From: Antedon mediterranea
Taxonomy: Eukaryota; Animalia; Echinodermata
Length of the DNA stretch: 64,000 nucleotides
NCBI RefSeq assembly: GCF_964355755.1
Contig: NC_092672.1
Coordinates: 1,798,001-1,862,000, forward strand
Direction of reading: 5' to 3'
How positions within the stretch are numbered: the first letter of the stretch is position 1; the number at the start of each line of letters is the position of its first letter. Shown piece by piece: positions 25,101 to 38,400 of this stretch. The position numbers and the translations under genes are program-made. The notes beneath the pieces are model-generated. The model was given only the letters and a program-made list of their open reading frames with translations, was not told the DNA's origin and did not search any database.

Positions 25101-26928
25101 TTAGGTCTAGTTTTCTTGTACGAATACTCTTAACTAAATACAAAACAGAAAACTAATAGCCGCCAATCAATAATACACCAAGTATTTGTTTTTGTCAGGT
25201 ACTTAGGCTTGTGTGTATGCAGTCTTTAACCAATAGTGGCCTCAAGCCTAAAGTTTTAGATTTTTACAAAAGAGAAATTCTGCAGGTAAGAATGACATTA
25301 CATTGAACAGTAAAAATAATAATCACTTATTCATTCATATGATTGAACCCTGGACCTTAGAATTGGTAGGCAAGCATTTAACCACCAAGCTATATTAAAC
25401 ATCGTTATTGTACTATACAACTTTTTTTCTCTTTTTAGACGTATGGGTTTGAACATATTGTTACTCTTCACAATCTAGAAAAGATAGGTCTGTTGAAACA
25501 ACAAGGTCAAAAGTCATACTCAACAATTCGCAAAACACTCAAACTAGTAATGGAAGAAGTAAATGAACAGGTATAACATACAATAATGCACTGTACTAAA
25601 ATAATTTGTGCCCAAACTCCTTCAACATTAGTGGTACCATGCATGGACAATTTTACTCTAATTCTGTTTTCTTTTTACTTTAAGGAGACACTTTCCCATA
25701 AAACGAACAATGGACTATATTTGTTAACACTAACAACAACTGAGGCAGCGCCCTGCCTTATGAAAGGGGAATTTTCTTGGGTCCTCGGGTGTCCCTTAAT
25801 AGAGGTTCAACTTATAATAGTAACCAACACAGAGAATTATTTGCCCACACAAGGAGTGGTTAACAATAATATACCAACCAGTTTATTATTTTTGTTGCAG
25901 AATCCAAATGATATATCGTATGTTTTTAGTGGCTATGCTCCGTTGTCAGTTAGGCTAGCTCAATATTTAGCCAGGCCTGGGTGGAGGAGCATTGAAGAGG
26001 CATTACGACTTCTTCCAGGCCCATTGGTGGAGGAGCAACAGCAGATACCAGTAGGACTAAGGAAGAAACGTATGTTGTGATAGTTGTTGTAGGCCTACAT
26101 CTAAGTGTAGACAAATAGAAAAAATGAAGTGTAGAAAAAATAATATAAAATACCATTTCTTTATCTCGCGTATTTGTAGGCCCACCTGGTGGTGATGCTG
26201 ACAATCAAAAGGTTACATTAGTGGTGTTCTTAGGTGGGGTAACATTTGCTGAGATTGCTGCTCTGAGGTTCTTATCACAACAAGAAGATGGTGAGTAAAA
26301 ACAGCTAGCCTGGGAAAAAGTCAAATGCTGGCCTGGGAAAAAGTCAAGTGCTGGCCTGGGTAAAGGGAAATGCTGGCCTGGGAAAAAGTCAAGTGCTGGC
26401 CTGGGAAAGAGTGAAATGCTAGCCTGGGAAAAAGTGAAATGCTAGCCTGGGAAAAAGTCAAGTGCTGGCCTGGGAAAAAGTCAAGCGCTGGCCTGAGAAA
26501 AAGTCAAGCGCTGGCCTGGGAAAACGTCAAGCGCTGGCCTGTGAAAAAGTCAACTGATGGCCTGGGAAAAGGTCAAGTGCTGGCCTGGGAAAAAGTCAAG
26601 CACTGGCCTGGGAAAAAGTCAAGTGATGGCATGGGAAGTCAAGTACTACATTTTTGGGGTCTGAGCAACCAACTTTGGGTCTTACATAGAATCCTGTCCT
26701 GCAGTTTATTACAGTTTGTGTATCTAAAGTATATTACTGTAGTTATATTTAAATTGACATTTAATAAAACGTTTTTTACATTGTTACATTTCATATATAA
26801 TTTCAGCTCCAACGGATTATATTATTATTACAACTCAAGTCATGAATGGTCGAACTTGGATGGAATCATTAATGGAGAATTTAAGCGTGTCAAATCAAGA
26901 AGAAGGCGGAGCTTCACCATTCAGATGA
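16122..26928 (+). CDS. VPS33A: Vacuolar protein sorting 33A (Sec1/Munc18 family, HOPS/CORVET), 15 coding exons
   Basis: Exons 16122-16229, 18442-18507, 18956-19168, 19620-19724, 19981-20097, 20470-20644, 21209-21399, 21577-21667, 22030-22104, 24775-24854, 25199-25285, 25439-25570, 25901-26069, 26180-26290, 26807-26928. Peptides [53 protein letters not shown] and [18 protein letters not shown] match VPS33A. Confidence 0.96.
16571..18309. mobile_element. 1.74-kb non-autonomous DNA transposon with 37-bp perfect TIRs and a 6-bp TSD (GTGTTT), in VPS33A intron 1
   Basis: GGCGCTACTGCAGTTTCGCACCACACTGTTATATCTT at 16571-16607 and its exact reverse complement at 18273-18309. GTGTTT flanks both sides (16565-16570 and 18310-18315). 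Confidence 0.9.
18774..21112. mobile_element. Cluster of six MITE family A copies in VPS33A introns 2-6 (~18774-18917, 19230-19370, 19746-19906, 20243-20280 partial, 20701-20865, 21013-21112)
   Basis: Each shows TA|AAGCTCTGTCTACACTATCAAACT and/or its reverse complement, with the shared internal repeat. Confidence 0.85.
22147..24514 (+). mobile_element. Non-autonomous Helentron/DINE-1-like (Helitron group) element present as a ~1.15-kb tandem dimer in VPS33A intron 9
   Basis: 5' hairpin GGTTATCCGC-acttg-GCGGATAACC (22147-22171) followed by a T-rich tract. Each unit ends with GCGGATAACC, stem-loop AACTCGTC-cgtagt-GACGAGTT and CTAG|T (23321-23362 and 24473-24514). Units ~22258-23362 and ~23410-24514 are near-identical. 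Confidence 0.8.
24906..25087. mobile_element. Tc1/mariner-pogo-type MITE; a related copy in the same terminal family lies at ~21765-21955
   Basis: TA|CAGTCAACTCTCC ... GGAGAGTTGACT terminal inverted repeats. The same terminus occurs at 21765. Confidence 0.6.
25340..25392 (-). mobile_element. Degenerate tRNA-derived SINE head
   Basis: Minus strand TAGCTTGGTGGTTAA...GGTCCAGGGTTCAATC carries A and B boxes. Similar remnants occur at ~20350-20430 (-) and ~31300-31370 (+). Confidence 0.4.
26303..26640 (+). repeat. 23-bp minisatellite (GCTGGCCTGGGAAAAAGTCAAGT, ~14 units) in the last VPS33A intron
   Basis: Direct tandem repetition. The same unit occurs in reverse at 43958-44113. Confidence 0.9.
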
Positions 26929-27015
26929 CATCATCAACATCTGACCAATCAGTGTGCCAAATAATGAGATTATACAGTAATATTATAAGATGTTAACTGT
27001 AATACAGCAGACACC

Positions 27016-27607
27016 CCCTATTAAAGGAACATTTTTGTGAATTGAATGATGGGAAATGTATGGTTTACACAACAGCCAACCCCTATTAAAGGGACATTTC
27101 TGTGAATTGAATGATGGGAAATGTATGGTTTACACAATAGCCAACCCCTATTAAAGGGACATTTCTGTGAATTGAATGATGGGAAATGTATGGTTTACAC
27201 AACAGCCAACCCCTATTACGGGAACATTTTTGTGAATTGAATGATGGGAAATGTATGGTTTACACAACAGCCAACCCCTATTAAAGGAACATTTCTGTGA
27301 ATTGAATGATGGGAAATGTATGGTTTACACAACAGCCAACCCCTATTAAGGGGACATTTCTGTGAATTGAATGATGGGAAATGTATGGTTTACACAACAG
27401 CCAACCCCTATTAAAGGAACATTTCTGTGAATTGAATGATGGGAAATGTATGGTTTACACAACAGCCAACCCCTATTAAAGGAACATTTCTGTGAATTGA
27501 ATGATGGGAAATGTATGGTTTACACAACAGCCAACCCCTATTAAAGGAACATTTTTGTGAATTGAATGATGGGAAATGTATGGTTTACACTACAGCCAAC
27601 CCCTATT
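27016..27607 (+). repeat. 65-bp tandem repeat, ~9 near-identical units, downstream of the VPS33A stop
   Basis: CCCTATT recurs at 27016, 27081, 27146, 27211 and onward to 27601. Confidence 0.95.
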
Positions 27608-27997
27608 CAGATGACACCTTATTAAGTGACAAATCCAGGGTTAGGCACTTAACTATTCAAATTAAATAATATCAGTACAGTAATATTCTGTAATGACTGT
27701 AGCCCCATCATTTAAAAAACATAAAAACACTTTTGTAGGAGTGAGTGGGGATATCCAATGACTGAAATGGATTGTCCTATACTGAAATTGATACCAGCTG
27801 CTGTACACGTATTGCCTTCCTAGAGGTCTGTGTAGTTCAAGATGTACCTTACCTGGCTAGGTGGCTAGTACTTCTATTAGTTCTTTCTCAGTACTATTTT
27901 CTTTATTATTGGCCCCACTGTGACCATAGTCTATAACATTCCTCATTCAAACACTTTACAATTCATTTTATAACTTAGAGGATGTCTAGAAAGCTTT

Positions 27998-28118
27998 AAG
28001 CTCTGTCTACACTATCAATCTAGTTTAAAATAAAAAAGTGTGATGTGCCAAAATATGGTAGTGATACAACATCGTCGTTTCCACATAACGTTTAATAGTA
28101 TAGTGTAGACAGTGCTTT
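27998..28118. mobile_element. MITE family A copy
   Basis: AAGCTCTGTCTACACTATCAA ... AGTGTAGACAGTGCTT. Confidence 0.8.
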
Positions 28119-28604
28119 AGACTAGAAAAGAAATTTGATTGTTTACACATGTATAAACTATGATGTAATATATAAATATGATATACCAATAAAAATGTAA
28201 CAAATTTATTCTTTTATAAATAATTTTATTTGAAATTTTCATGAACTTTTTCACTTTATAATCACGCCTGTTTGTTATGGTAAGTTGATGTTACTTTTTG
28301 ATACCATTTTCAAAATCATAAGATATCTTTAAAATAAAATTTGTTTAATCTTTACTAATGAATTTGATTATTTTAAGGTGATTGATGGTGATGAGCGCCC
28401 TTATCTGAAGTTAATGTTCACCTGTCCGACCATGTATGGAAATCAAGTGACTTCATAGTTGTAAAGGTCAGTGACCTAGAGGGCAATGAACTTTTGATGC
28501 ATTTTTCTAGATGATGGCACTAACACAGCTTTAGGTGTTTATTTTCTTTTAGAATCTTTGTGTATATTGTCTGCATGTTTATATTTGTTAATTATTGGTT
28601 GAAC

Positions 28605-28848
28605 TCTATCAAAGAAAAATGTGATCTGTCCATATATGGACATAATGATGTCATATCACTACCATATTTATGGAGTGCAGAATCTGTTTGGGCTTTAGCC
28701 TATTCTCATTCCTGGTTATTTTTACATTGATGACCGAATAAATATTATTATTATTATTATTATTATTATATTTGGGCATATCACCACCATATTTGGGCAC
28801 ATCGCACGTTTTTTGTCAAACTATTTTGATAGTGTAGACAGAGCTTTA
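28605..28848. mobile_element. MITE family A copy interrupted by a ~100-bp retroposed fragment (28670-28767)
   Basis: The insert ends in AATAAA + (TAT)n and is flanked by ATATTT duplications (28664-28669 and 28768-28773) within the MITE internal repeat. Confidence 0.7.
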
Positions 28849-29186
28849 TACAGGTATTGTCTGATGTCCTGTACAATTATTTTTAGAATTGTTATTACTG
28901 TATTGTATTGTTTCACCATGGAGGTATACTGGTTTCATAGAGTAGAATGGTTGGTTTATGACCACAGTACTTTAATATAATTGTTTTGCTTTCATTTACA
29001 TTTGTATTACCCAGGATGTTGGTATTATTTCAATTACATGGTTGGTTACTTTGTCAACATTGTGGTAATAACCTACACAATACCTACTGCTAATAAGTCT
29101 TTAGTTTAATTTACAAAGCTTGTTTTCATCTGTGGTTTTTAAAACTCAACAATTTGTTACTTTCTCAGTTTAGTCACCAATATTTA

Positions 29187-29536
29187 AATGGCAATGTTTT
29201 TTTACATGAATGTGCCAAATTTGGACCTAAATTTACACATGATGAAACTATGTTAATGTTAGATGGAAATGTTTTTTTACATGAATGTGCCAAATTTGGA
29301 CCTAAATTTACACATGATGAAACTATGTTAATGTTAGATGGAAATGTTTTTTTACATGAATGTGCCAAATTTGGACCTAAATTTACACATGATGAAACTA
29401 TGTTAATGTTAGATGGAAATGTTTTTTTACATGAATGTGCCAAATTTGGACCTAAATTTACACATTGATATACTATGTTAATGTTAGATGGAAATGGGTT
29501 TTTTTCCATGAATATGCCAAATTTGGACCTAAATTT
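29187..29536 (+). repeat. 75-bp tandem repeat, ~4.6 units
   Basis: Unit ATGGAAATGTTTTTTTACATGAATGTGCCAAATTTGGACCTAAATTTACACATGATGAAACTATGTTAATGTTAG; the ORF track shows 25-aa periodicity. Confidence 0.95.
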
Positions 29537-32500
29537 AAAGCACTTGCCTCATTTCAAAATTTGAAGACAAACATTGATTGGTTTTGCCACAATCAAACTA
29601 AAATGAATATCTTTTTTAGGAACTCCTAATGTGATGTCTATGAATGCACCAATGAATGAACACTCATGAGGCTAATGGGTACGTGTCAGCAACCATTCCA
29701 ATGTAAGTTGTATTATAAGTATTTAAAATATTTCCCCCTAGACAACCCCCCCCCCCCCCCATCATAAGTGAGATTATTAATATTTGTATAGTGGTGGCTA
29801 ATCTCAATGTAATTAATTAGTAATTAAATATGTAATTGGTAATTAGTAATTAATTTAATTACTAATATATAACAAAATTTGTTTAGACTTGCCAGCATTT
29901 AATTTTCATGTATCAATAAACAATATATTTATTTCTTTATTATTGCTCTACATTTCTTTAAGATTAAATATATATACAAAATCAGAAATTTGTTTTTTGT
30001 AAATCAGAGCAAAAAATACATACGAGAAAAGTCAAAAGACTCTGTAAAATACAAAATACAAGTGTGTAACATTCAAGACAGTATAAACATTAAAAAACAT
30101 GCATTCTACATAACAATTAAAATAACAACATTGATTACATTTATCGTATTTATTAATTATTTAATTTATTCAATTGATATTTGGCTCTAAGAGTTATTGG
30201 TTCATCTTCAACAGATATTTTCTGTACATTCATAGAATGGAGTGGTTTACTGTTTAAATAATTCATATAGTTGAGTGAACCTTTGTTAACACCCACAGCC
30301 CCCCTCCCCCCCCCCCCCGATTTCAAAATGAATAGCACATGTTTCCCTTTGTTATCTTTGGAAGAAAAGTTGTATTTAAATTACTATGATTTGGTTGTTT
30401 TTCATTTGAAATAATGTGTGTTAAAATGTTTTTTTTTTATCAAGCTGTTAATGTAATGAATTCTTTTATGGTTGGCCTACATTTCATATATAATTATAGA
30501 TATCATTGATAACATACTGTTATTCAATTAATATCAGTACTCTGAGTGGTAACAAAGAATAACCTTAATATGTAATACCCATAGGATCAGAGCAGATTTA
30601 GCCCCTGTGACCTCTGATTACTGCTATTCAGCAAATCACAAATGAACAAGAACAGTATGTGTTACAGCTTTTGTTTCCTCCAAGGTTAAGGCCTGCTTCC
30701 ATGTGGTTTCCAAAAGAGGGCGCTGTGATTGCCCCAAGGTCGCTATTGTTCTTCAAGTGTGTTTTTGAAATAAAGTACCAATAATGACCTTGTTACAATA
30801 TACTTAAATGCTTTTGTTTCTGCTGTGTTGTTATCAGTGTAGGCCAGGACACGCTGGTGTGTAGGCCACGGCACACTGGTGTGTAGACCCAGTTTTACAA
30901 GGAGTAATTGTGTACAGCTAATACACTGTTCCCCCACCCCCTGCAATAACCACCCATTGCAGTAGAAAGGTGAAGGTTATTGGTTTCATTTTCTTTTAAA
31001 TTGAAGGTATGTGTTTTATTTATAGCATTTTTAATAATGTAGTAGATTGTATACTATACATTATGTGTTATTTTTTAGGTCTTCTTAACTTAATAATGTA
31101 ATCAATAATTTATTTTCTTTTATGTCTTTTACATTTATATAAACAACAATAGTTATTCATGTTTTTTAAACCTTTGTGCAACCTACAAAAATCTAATGTA
31201 AACAATGACATTGGTTAGTAGGTCTTCTAGTAGAAATCAGTGTTATCACATTTTGATATAGGCATAATACTAATGTAGTTTATTACTCCATCTATGGTAG
31301 GCCATAGTTGTAGTGGTCTAGTGGTTAAGGAGCTCACCTTGTTAGTGCTAGGTCATAGGCTTGAATCATATGGAGAGCTATTTACTTTACCCTTGTTTAA
31401 ATGTATAGTAGTTATAAATATGATCATTATTATTTTGATTTCAAATGTTATTTTTCCATTCCATAGATCACAACGTATCATAAAACTGATAATGGTAGTA
31501 TCGATTCTCACCATTTAAAACACCAGTTGATCACTAAACAGCTGAGCTTCAAAAGGCTTCCCTGATCAAAGAATGACAGAGTAAGTCCTGGTCACTGCTG
31601 CACCATTCCGTAAATGAAGATCCATTTTTGTCAATGTGAGGGTGCAAGATTTAACAGAGGCATATGGCACAGGAGCACACACAGAATGTATTGTGGTTGG
31701 GCTGTAGCTTACAAGAACATATTCACTGAAAGCTGAAAACCATCAATCGCCTCGTATTCCTACTGCAATGCAAGAGATGCCTGCCTTAAAGAAGGTTACA
31801 CAAGACTGGACCTTTGACCACGGATGTATCTGTATTTTAATTTATCGACAATTTTGTTTAATTTTTTTTTTTATTTTAATTTAATTAGTTAAAATTGCAT
31901 GAAATTAATTTAGTAGAATGTAGTAATGTGCCAAAGGAAAATAGTTCCATTAATATTTAGCTGTTACTTAGCAACACTTTTTCAAAATTAATTAAAATTT
32001 ACTTTTATACTTTCTGGTTTCTGCACAAGTTATATAATACATGCATGCCCAATGTTTGTTAATTACTAAATAACATTTTTTTATGCACAGTTTAAAAAAA
32101 AAATGTATTTAATAAAATTATTAGATTTATTTTTAATCTTTAATGCTTATTTTGTATTCGTATTTATTGCAATACAACGTGTAATTCCATGTCTTGCCAA
32201 ACGTCATCACTGCTAGCTCTTTTTAGGCTCAGAGCAGTAGATTATTTTATATTTTAAATGCTTTTAGATTTTACGGTGCAATATATATGCTTTCTTTTTT
32301 AGGCTTTATTAGTTTATATTTGAATAGTATCATGGGAGATTTCAAATGTATCTTATTTCTTATAGTTTTTATTTATTATGTTTTATGCTACTCTTCCAAC
32401 GGTTTAATATTTTTCTATTCATCTTTTTATTTGAGGGCGCTCTGCAGGTTTTGTGAGGGTGCTCAGTAGCGTATTATATTAAATATTAGATTTAAAGATT

Positions 32501-32926
32501 GAAGGATGTATGATAGTATTAAACTATATGTCCGATATCCTATTAAGCAAAATGTCCAGTTAAAGTACTAACAGAGTTTGTGACGCACTGGTATTGTGAC
32601 TCAATTGATATCAGAAATGCGTGACATCATGAGTCGCACACTCCAGGGGCGCACGAACTTCTGACTGAATGTAATAAAGAATGATGAAGATAAGTTGATG
32701 ACAGATTAAAGTTTTGATATATTCAATTTTTTTAATTGTATTAATTTGTTTAAATTGTCTAATCTAAATGTAGGCATTGCATTACACTTTGTTGGTTTAA
32801 CCGCTGTCTGAATTTATTCGCGGTAATCGAAAGCGTTGAGTATTGCGCATGCGTAAAAATGTTCTTATCTACACTACAGTACTTGTTGTAATGTGAAGAA
32901 ATTGTTCGGGCCACTCAGCAGAACTA

Positions 32927-33704
32927 GGGTCGTGTTTATACAACACCCTAAATTTGAACACGGCTTTAATTTTTAGCGTGTTGTTCGGACCGAGGTCAAC
33001 CCACCTTAACGTTTGCTGTTATACTAGAAATCACGATACCGTGTTGTACCGGAAGTTTCATCAACACGCAGTGCATGCTAGGATAAAAGGTCAAATCGTT
33101 GATCGCTTGAATTGAATTGTTGGCTGGGTTGTCAACAAATCATCGTCGCCTCCTCGCTGCTGTCCGATGTATTCGCGCGGTTTTTACCGTTTTCATTATT
33201 GTATTCGTTCACGTTTGCATTGTTGTTTATTTTGTTCTCGGTTCATTTAAATTAATAAAAGTTATTTTAAGGGTTTCATTGTTTCATCTATACACTATGG
33301 AAGAAGATGCCATTTTTGCGATGTTATTTTTTATTCTGTTTGGAGTGGGAAACGATAGTCTATAGAGGCCTACTACCACTACGAGTTGGCCCTACCAGGC
33401 TAGGCGTAAGACGTGGTAGGAGGATGATTGCTGGCAGCGAAGCAGCAATAAATGGGCCCAATCTTGTTAGACGTCGCATGACATGATTGATATTACGACC
33501 TGTTTTAACGAGAGGTCAAAATATACCCTGAGGACACTTCCAACACGGTAACGGCGACCGGGAATCCACCAAATTTTAGGATTCAGCCAAGTAGCCTTTT
33601 TTGCAATTAAAATCTCATTACACGGAATCTCTTTGTTGTTATACAACACACTTCTCGTAGGCGTGTAGAATATGCGTGTAATAGCGTGTTGTATAAACGC
33701 GCCC
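32927..33704. mobile_element. Non-autonomous TIR element, PIF/Harbinger-like
   Basis: GGGTCGTGTTTATACAACAC ... GTGTTGTATAAACGCGCCC, flanked by CTA/TAA, with a CpG-rich interior. Confidence 0.6.
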
Positions 33705-35471
33705 TAAGAAAAGTTCGATTCGCTAGCGGGTAAACAGGCTAAGTACGACACAAACTGTAGGCTTACAAACCTATTTATTTAAGCAATATACCTAGCATTA
33801 ATTTAACGACGGACGGTGAATTGATTTTTGCCAAACAGAAATCGCACATACGTAGTTGTATTTATTTACCGCGTTGATCCGTAACAAATGATTGTTTTTG
33901 TACAGTCATTCGTTTACCACAAACCACTCAAACGCTGTAAGTTGATACTGAAAACGATATTGTTGAAATTGCAAACAATACCTCGTTTTATTGTTTTGAT
34001 AATTCAATTATTTTCTTTCCAGTGAACATGTATGCCAAACTCAATTTGATGTTGATTACCTTTCACAATTAAAAATAGTTGGTAAGCCTATTCGCTTTAT
34101 TTCGCAATGTAGTAGCTATTTATTTATATAACGAAATTTCAACTATCACACTTTACTTACGCAGGCGTTCAATTGTTGATACTAAATTGTGTTATGGATT
34201 TTGTACGCGGCATCAACTTAATAAGGAGTGCGTGTGAAAAAAGCATATTTATTTTATTTCCTTAAAGGCCTATTTCTGTTGAAAAATTCGAATAAACGGT
34301 TTTTGCAAAACCGATTTTATAAAAAAGATCGCACAGTGCAGCTTCATGGAAACTGTGTCGTGGAAGCGCATCCTCCTGATGTCCCCGCATGCGCATAATT
34401 ATTTAACATGACATAACTAACCTTAGGTCCTAGATCGTCGCAAATTGAAAACTCCTTATTTTCTCACAAACGTCAACACAGTATTTTAATAATTTTCCTT
34501 TTATTAAAAAAACACGAGAATAGATTTTAAAATTTGGTCTAAAAATGGAAGACACATGATAAAGCCTAAATTTAAATATAGGAATGTACACATACTCTAA
34601 TTATATAACTATAATATGTAATCAAACATGTACAGGCAAGGCACTAATGGTCCGGCCCGACACCTGATGTCCAGTGATTGGTCACAGCGACCCAATTCAT
34701 TGCTTCGGTTTGTTTTTCTTGATCTCTGTCGAAACACCTCCGCGAAAATGTTTCAAATGTGAGGCAACTTTTATTGCTCACAACTTAAACTTGAAGAAAT
34801 GATTTCACCAAGCTCACAGTGACAAATAAACCTAATATCTCAGTTATAAATCAATACAAACAAGGCGACTTACCAATATACCGCCTGCAGTATTTTGTTT
34901 ATCGCCTTGCTTTTTACAATTACTAAAAAATATGCTAATTTATTGTTTATGCCTAAATATAGTTAATAGGTCATATAGATAAGAAAGACTAATATACCCG
35001 TTTACATTACAAATATCACAATATACGGGTTTTTTTTCCTATTATAGTCAAGTTTGTGGCTTGACGCACAACCAACCACTGCGCTACACACAAACTTTCA
35101 CGGTTTGCTCTGGTGGGATAATCTTTGCTAACGCCGTACAGAAACGATGATCCCACGTGATCCATCATCAGTGGTTCATTCATAATAATAATTATTCGTT
35201 TCGTAATTTATTCGTTCTTATAAAGCGCCTATTGCACAGTGCTTGACATTATTACCCTGGTCATTTTTTGGATCAAACACGTCTGGAAACATACTCCTAT
35301 AATGCAGCTAGTAATCAGAGTAATGTTGTGTCTTGATCTAACCGGGTACCCAATACACAATGTGGTTTATCGAATAATATGTTTGATCATGGAGAACTCC
35401 ATGGTTTGATATAATGAACAACCACCACATCTTTCAATATTTAAAATATCCTATGAGATGACCTTAATTAA

Positions 35472-38400
35472 TTAGTTAGTATAATTGATTATTATAAATA
35501 ACAAAAACGATATAAAAAGTGTTAAAAAATGTATAGTTTTTCTTGGACTTGAATTATCGATTGCTAGGTTGTTGTTTGGTATTGCTGCCGCTGTTGGTTG
35601 CGTTTCGCCCGCTTGGATTCCTAAACCACACCCAAACCAATCCTGGACTGTTAGCCTAGGATATCCGTAATTTACGTTAAAGTTCCACGGACTAAATTGA
35701 TAATACCAGCCGTAACTAGAGAAAAAGTAGAGGTAGTTATCTGTCCACTGCACGCCTGCCACGATGGATGGCGGTATACCTTTAAATGATCCTATGGAGA
35801 ATGGCCCGGATATTTGTTCAGAATAATCGTAGATATAGAATCTATCACCTGAAAATATATGAATTAATATTATATAGTTTGTTTGGATCTTTGGATAAGT
35901 AGAAAAATTTTTAACAATGTTTAATGCTAAAGTATTTTAATTGTAATATATATCTATTTATCCAATATCTATTTATTATATCCAAGAGGTTGTTTGAACT
36001 AACAAAAGCGATGATTCTTCCTTTGAAAAAGCATTCGATAAGAGTCGTTGCTTGTGATAGGTCAAATCAAAGAAATCCCAACCAATCGGAAGAGACCAGT
36101 AAAGGCGGTCCCGATCGATAAGAGTCGTTGCTTGTGATAAGTCAAATCAAAGAAGTCCCAACCAATCGGAAGAGACCAGTACAGGCGGTCCCGATCGATA
36201 AGAGTCGTTGCTTGTGATAGGTCAAATCAAAGAAGTTCCAACCAATCGGAAGAGACCAATAAAGCCGGTCCCGATCGCGAAAACCGGTCGTATGGAATGT
36301 CATGACAGTATACTTTCTAGCATGTCTATAGCCTAACTAGGCCTAGTAGTAGGCCTGTAGAAACTGAGTGAAAACCCAAATGAAAGGCCTACCTGTAAAG
36401 AAATAAGTCTGCCCATTTCCTATACCCTCCACAACCGCATCCAATTTAGCTACATCGTACGGAAACCCACCGAACTCTGTACTTATATCACGTGGGAATC
36501 CCATATCAAGATTGTACAATGTATACCGATAGACCTGCCGACCCTGAAAAATTATTGAACATTTATAAAATCGTGATAAATTAAATTTATTTTTCATACT
36601 TTTCGATCGTTGAAATGTCGTAGCCTAATCTTTCAACATCCTAAATGTTAATGAATAGCCAGTCAACATAATGATTAACGCTATACAATTTCGTTTTGTA
36701 GATTAGGCCTAGGCCTAAATTTCAATTTACATTGACATTGACTAACAGTAAGCAGGAAAAAATGAATTTTACAATCATTATTGCACAAAACGCGGAGAGG
36801 ACGGGCGGTTGAGCGGAAAGCCGCTCAGGATAGATTGTAAGCTACGCGGTTTTCGGCCTACCGCTTGTCCGCCGTGTAAATTGAACTTTAGTGTGTATCA
36901 GTAAAAGCCTATTATAGTTTCCATTTATAGGAGCAAACTTCATTATTGAAGGCTACTGCTCCACTGACCCTAGATTTATGTATGCATGCTGTATGTGGTG
37001 CATACACAGACAGTTAAATCTTAGTTTTAAAAATTCGCGATCTTATTCTTAAAACTGAAATTCAAAATACCTTAAAAAAGTAAGTCTTGGCCACACGATC
37101 CTTCCAGATGTAACTGTTCTTAACCGTTACAGCGGCATCTAGATTTGCCGCGAGATGAGGCCACGTACTATCAATTAGCTTAGGGATGTACACCTTACGA
37201 TCAATCATTTGCCAGTAATATCTACCTAAAATAAAGTGTGGACAAAAAGCTTCATTATAGAGATTGAAAAAGACAGATAAGCACTGATTCACACTATAGG
37301 TCTGCTCTGTGCTGGATTCTCAGTGCTTTAAATCCATAATGTGAATCAGGACAAACACTATCATATTATGATAGTGTTTTTCCAGTGTTATATATGTATG
37401 ATAAATCCGTAAAAAATGGTTAGAGGTTAGGACCAGCGTGTGAAAGACAAAGTGGACAAATTTAGATACAGTACTGGGAGTCGGCTATCTGTACTACGGT
37501 CTAAATCAGGTGGTCATTGCCACTGTAGCATGACTGAAGAGAGGTTTTTGTCATCTATCTCTAGAACGCCTCTTAAGTTTCCTATTCCTAAAGGCCAACT
37601 CAGACTGCGTCGTACGCCGAGGCTCGACGAAACGTCTGCTTCGTCGGTACTGTCTGAATTTAATCCCGACGAGACGAGTCATCTTGAGATAGCGTAGGGC
37701 GTAGTTTTTAGGTCGTCGGGAGAACTTTAAACATGTTTAATTTTCTCCCGATTAGACGACTCGTCATACGGACAAAGGTGTCCCCTGAATAGGTCTGGCC
37801 GCAGTGTTAAAACTCCTTGTTGGTTTCATGTAAAGCGTCCACTGAATATGGGTGTCCATTGAAAGGGATGTCTCAGTCAAAATTGAACTTTATTTGTAAA
37901 ACAAATACCTTTGAATATGTAAGTTCCTCCGTCAGCTCCGACTGTTATTGTGTCGAACTCCACTTGGCAATTACTGGGTATGAACGGCTTTGTTACTGTT
38001 GGTGCTTCTGTCAGCTTTTTCGTACGTTCAGTTGGTTGATACGAATCAGTAGGTGGATACCAAATAGTTGGTGCTCCTGCAATAATTGTCATGGATTAAA
38101 TAAATATACAGTGTGGAATAATTCTCAATACTTTATCTCCATATGTGACAATGTGACACACAGGAGATGCTTTATTACGACGTTTGCCTATTATACTGGA
38201 CAAATTTATATTCAGACCGAGAATAAAAAACGATTAGGGGAAAAATATCTAGAGGTACTATATGTTCTATAGAACCCAGTCGGATGAATGTTGTGACCTT
38301 TGACCCTAAGCTTTCAACACTCCATCAGAATAACTGTCATATTTTACCAGTAGGCCTCAGAATGAGTAAATCTATTAGAAGTACTTATTAATAACCTATG

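Noticed and set aside
26439-26996. 185-aa ORF (and 43908-44297) with WPGKK repeats
   Set aside because: Translation of the 23-bp minisatellite; it overlaps the true last VPS33A exon in another frame.
27016-27607. CRISPR array
   Set aside because: Units are contiguous with no unique spacers, there are no cas genes, and the context is eukaryotic. The same applies to the 75-, 80- and 45-bp arrays.
33117-33365. Hydrophobic 82-aa ORF as a membrane protein
   Set aside because: It lies inside a TIR element, its composition is explained by T-richness, and it has no recognisable domain.
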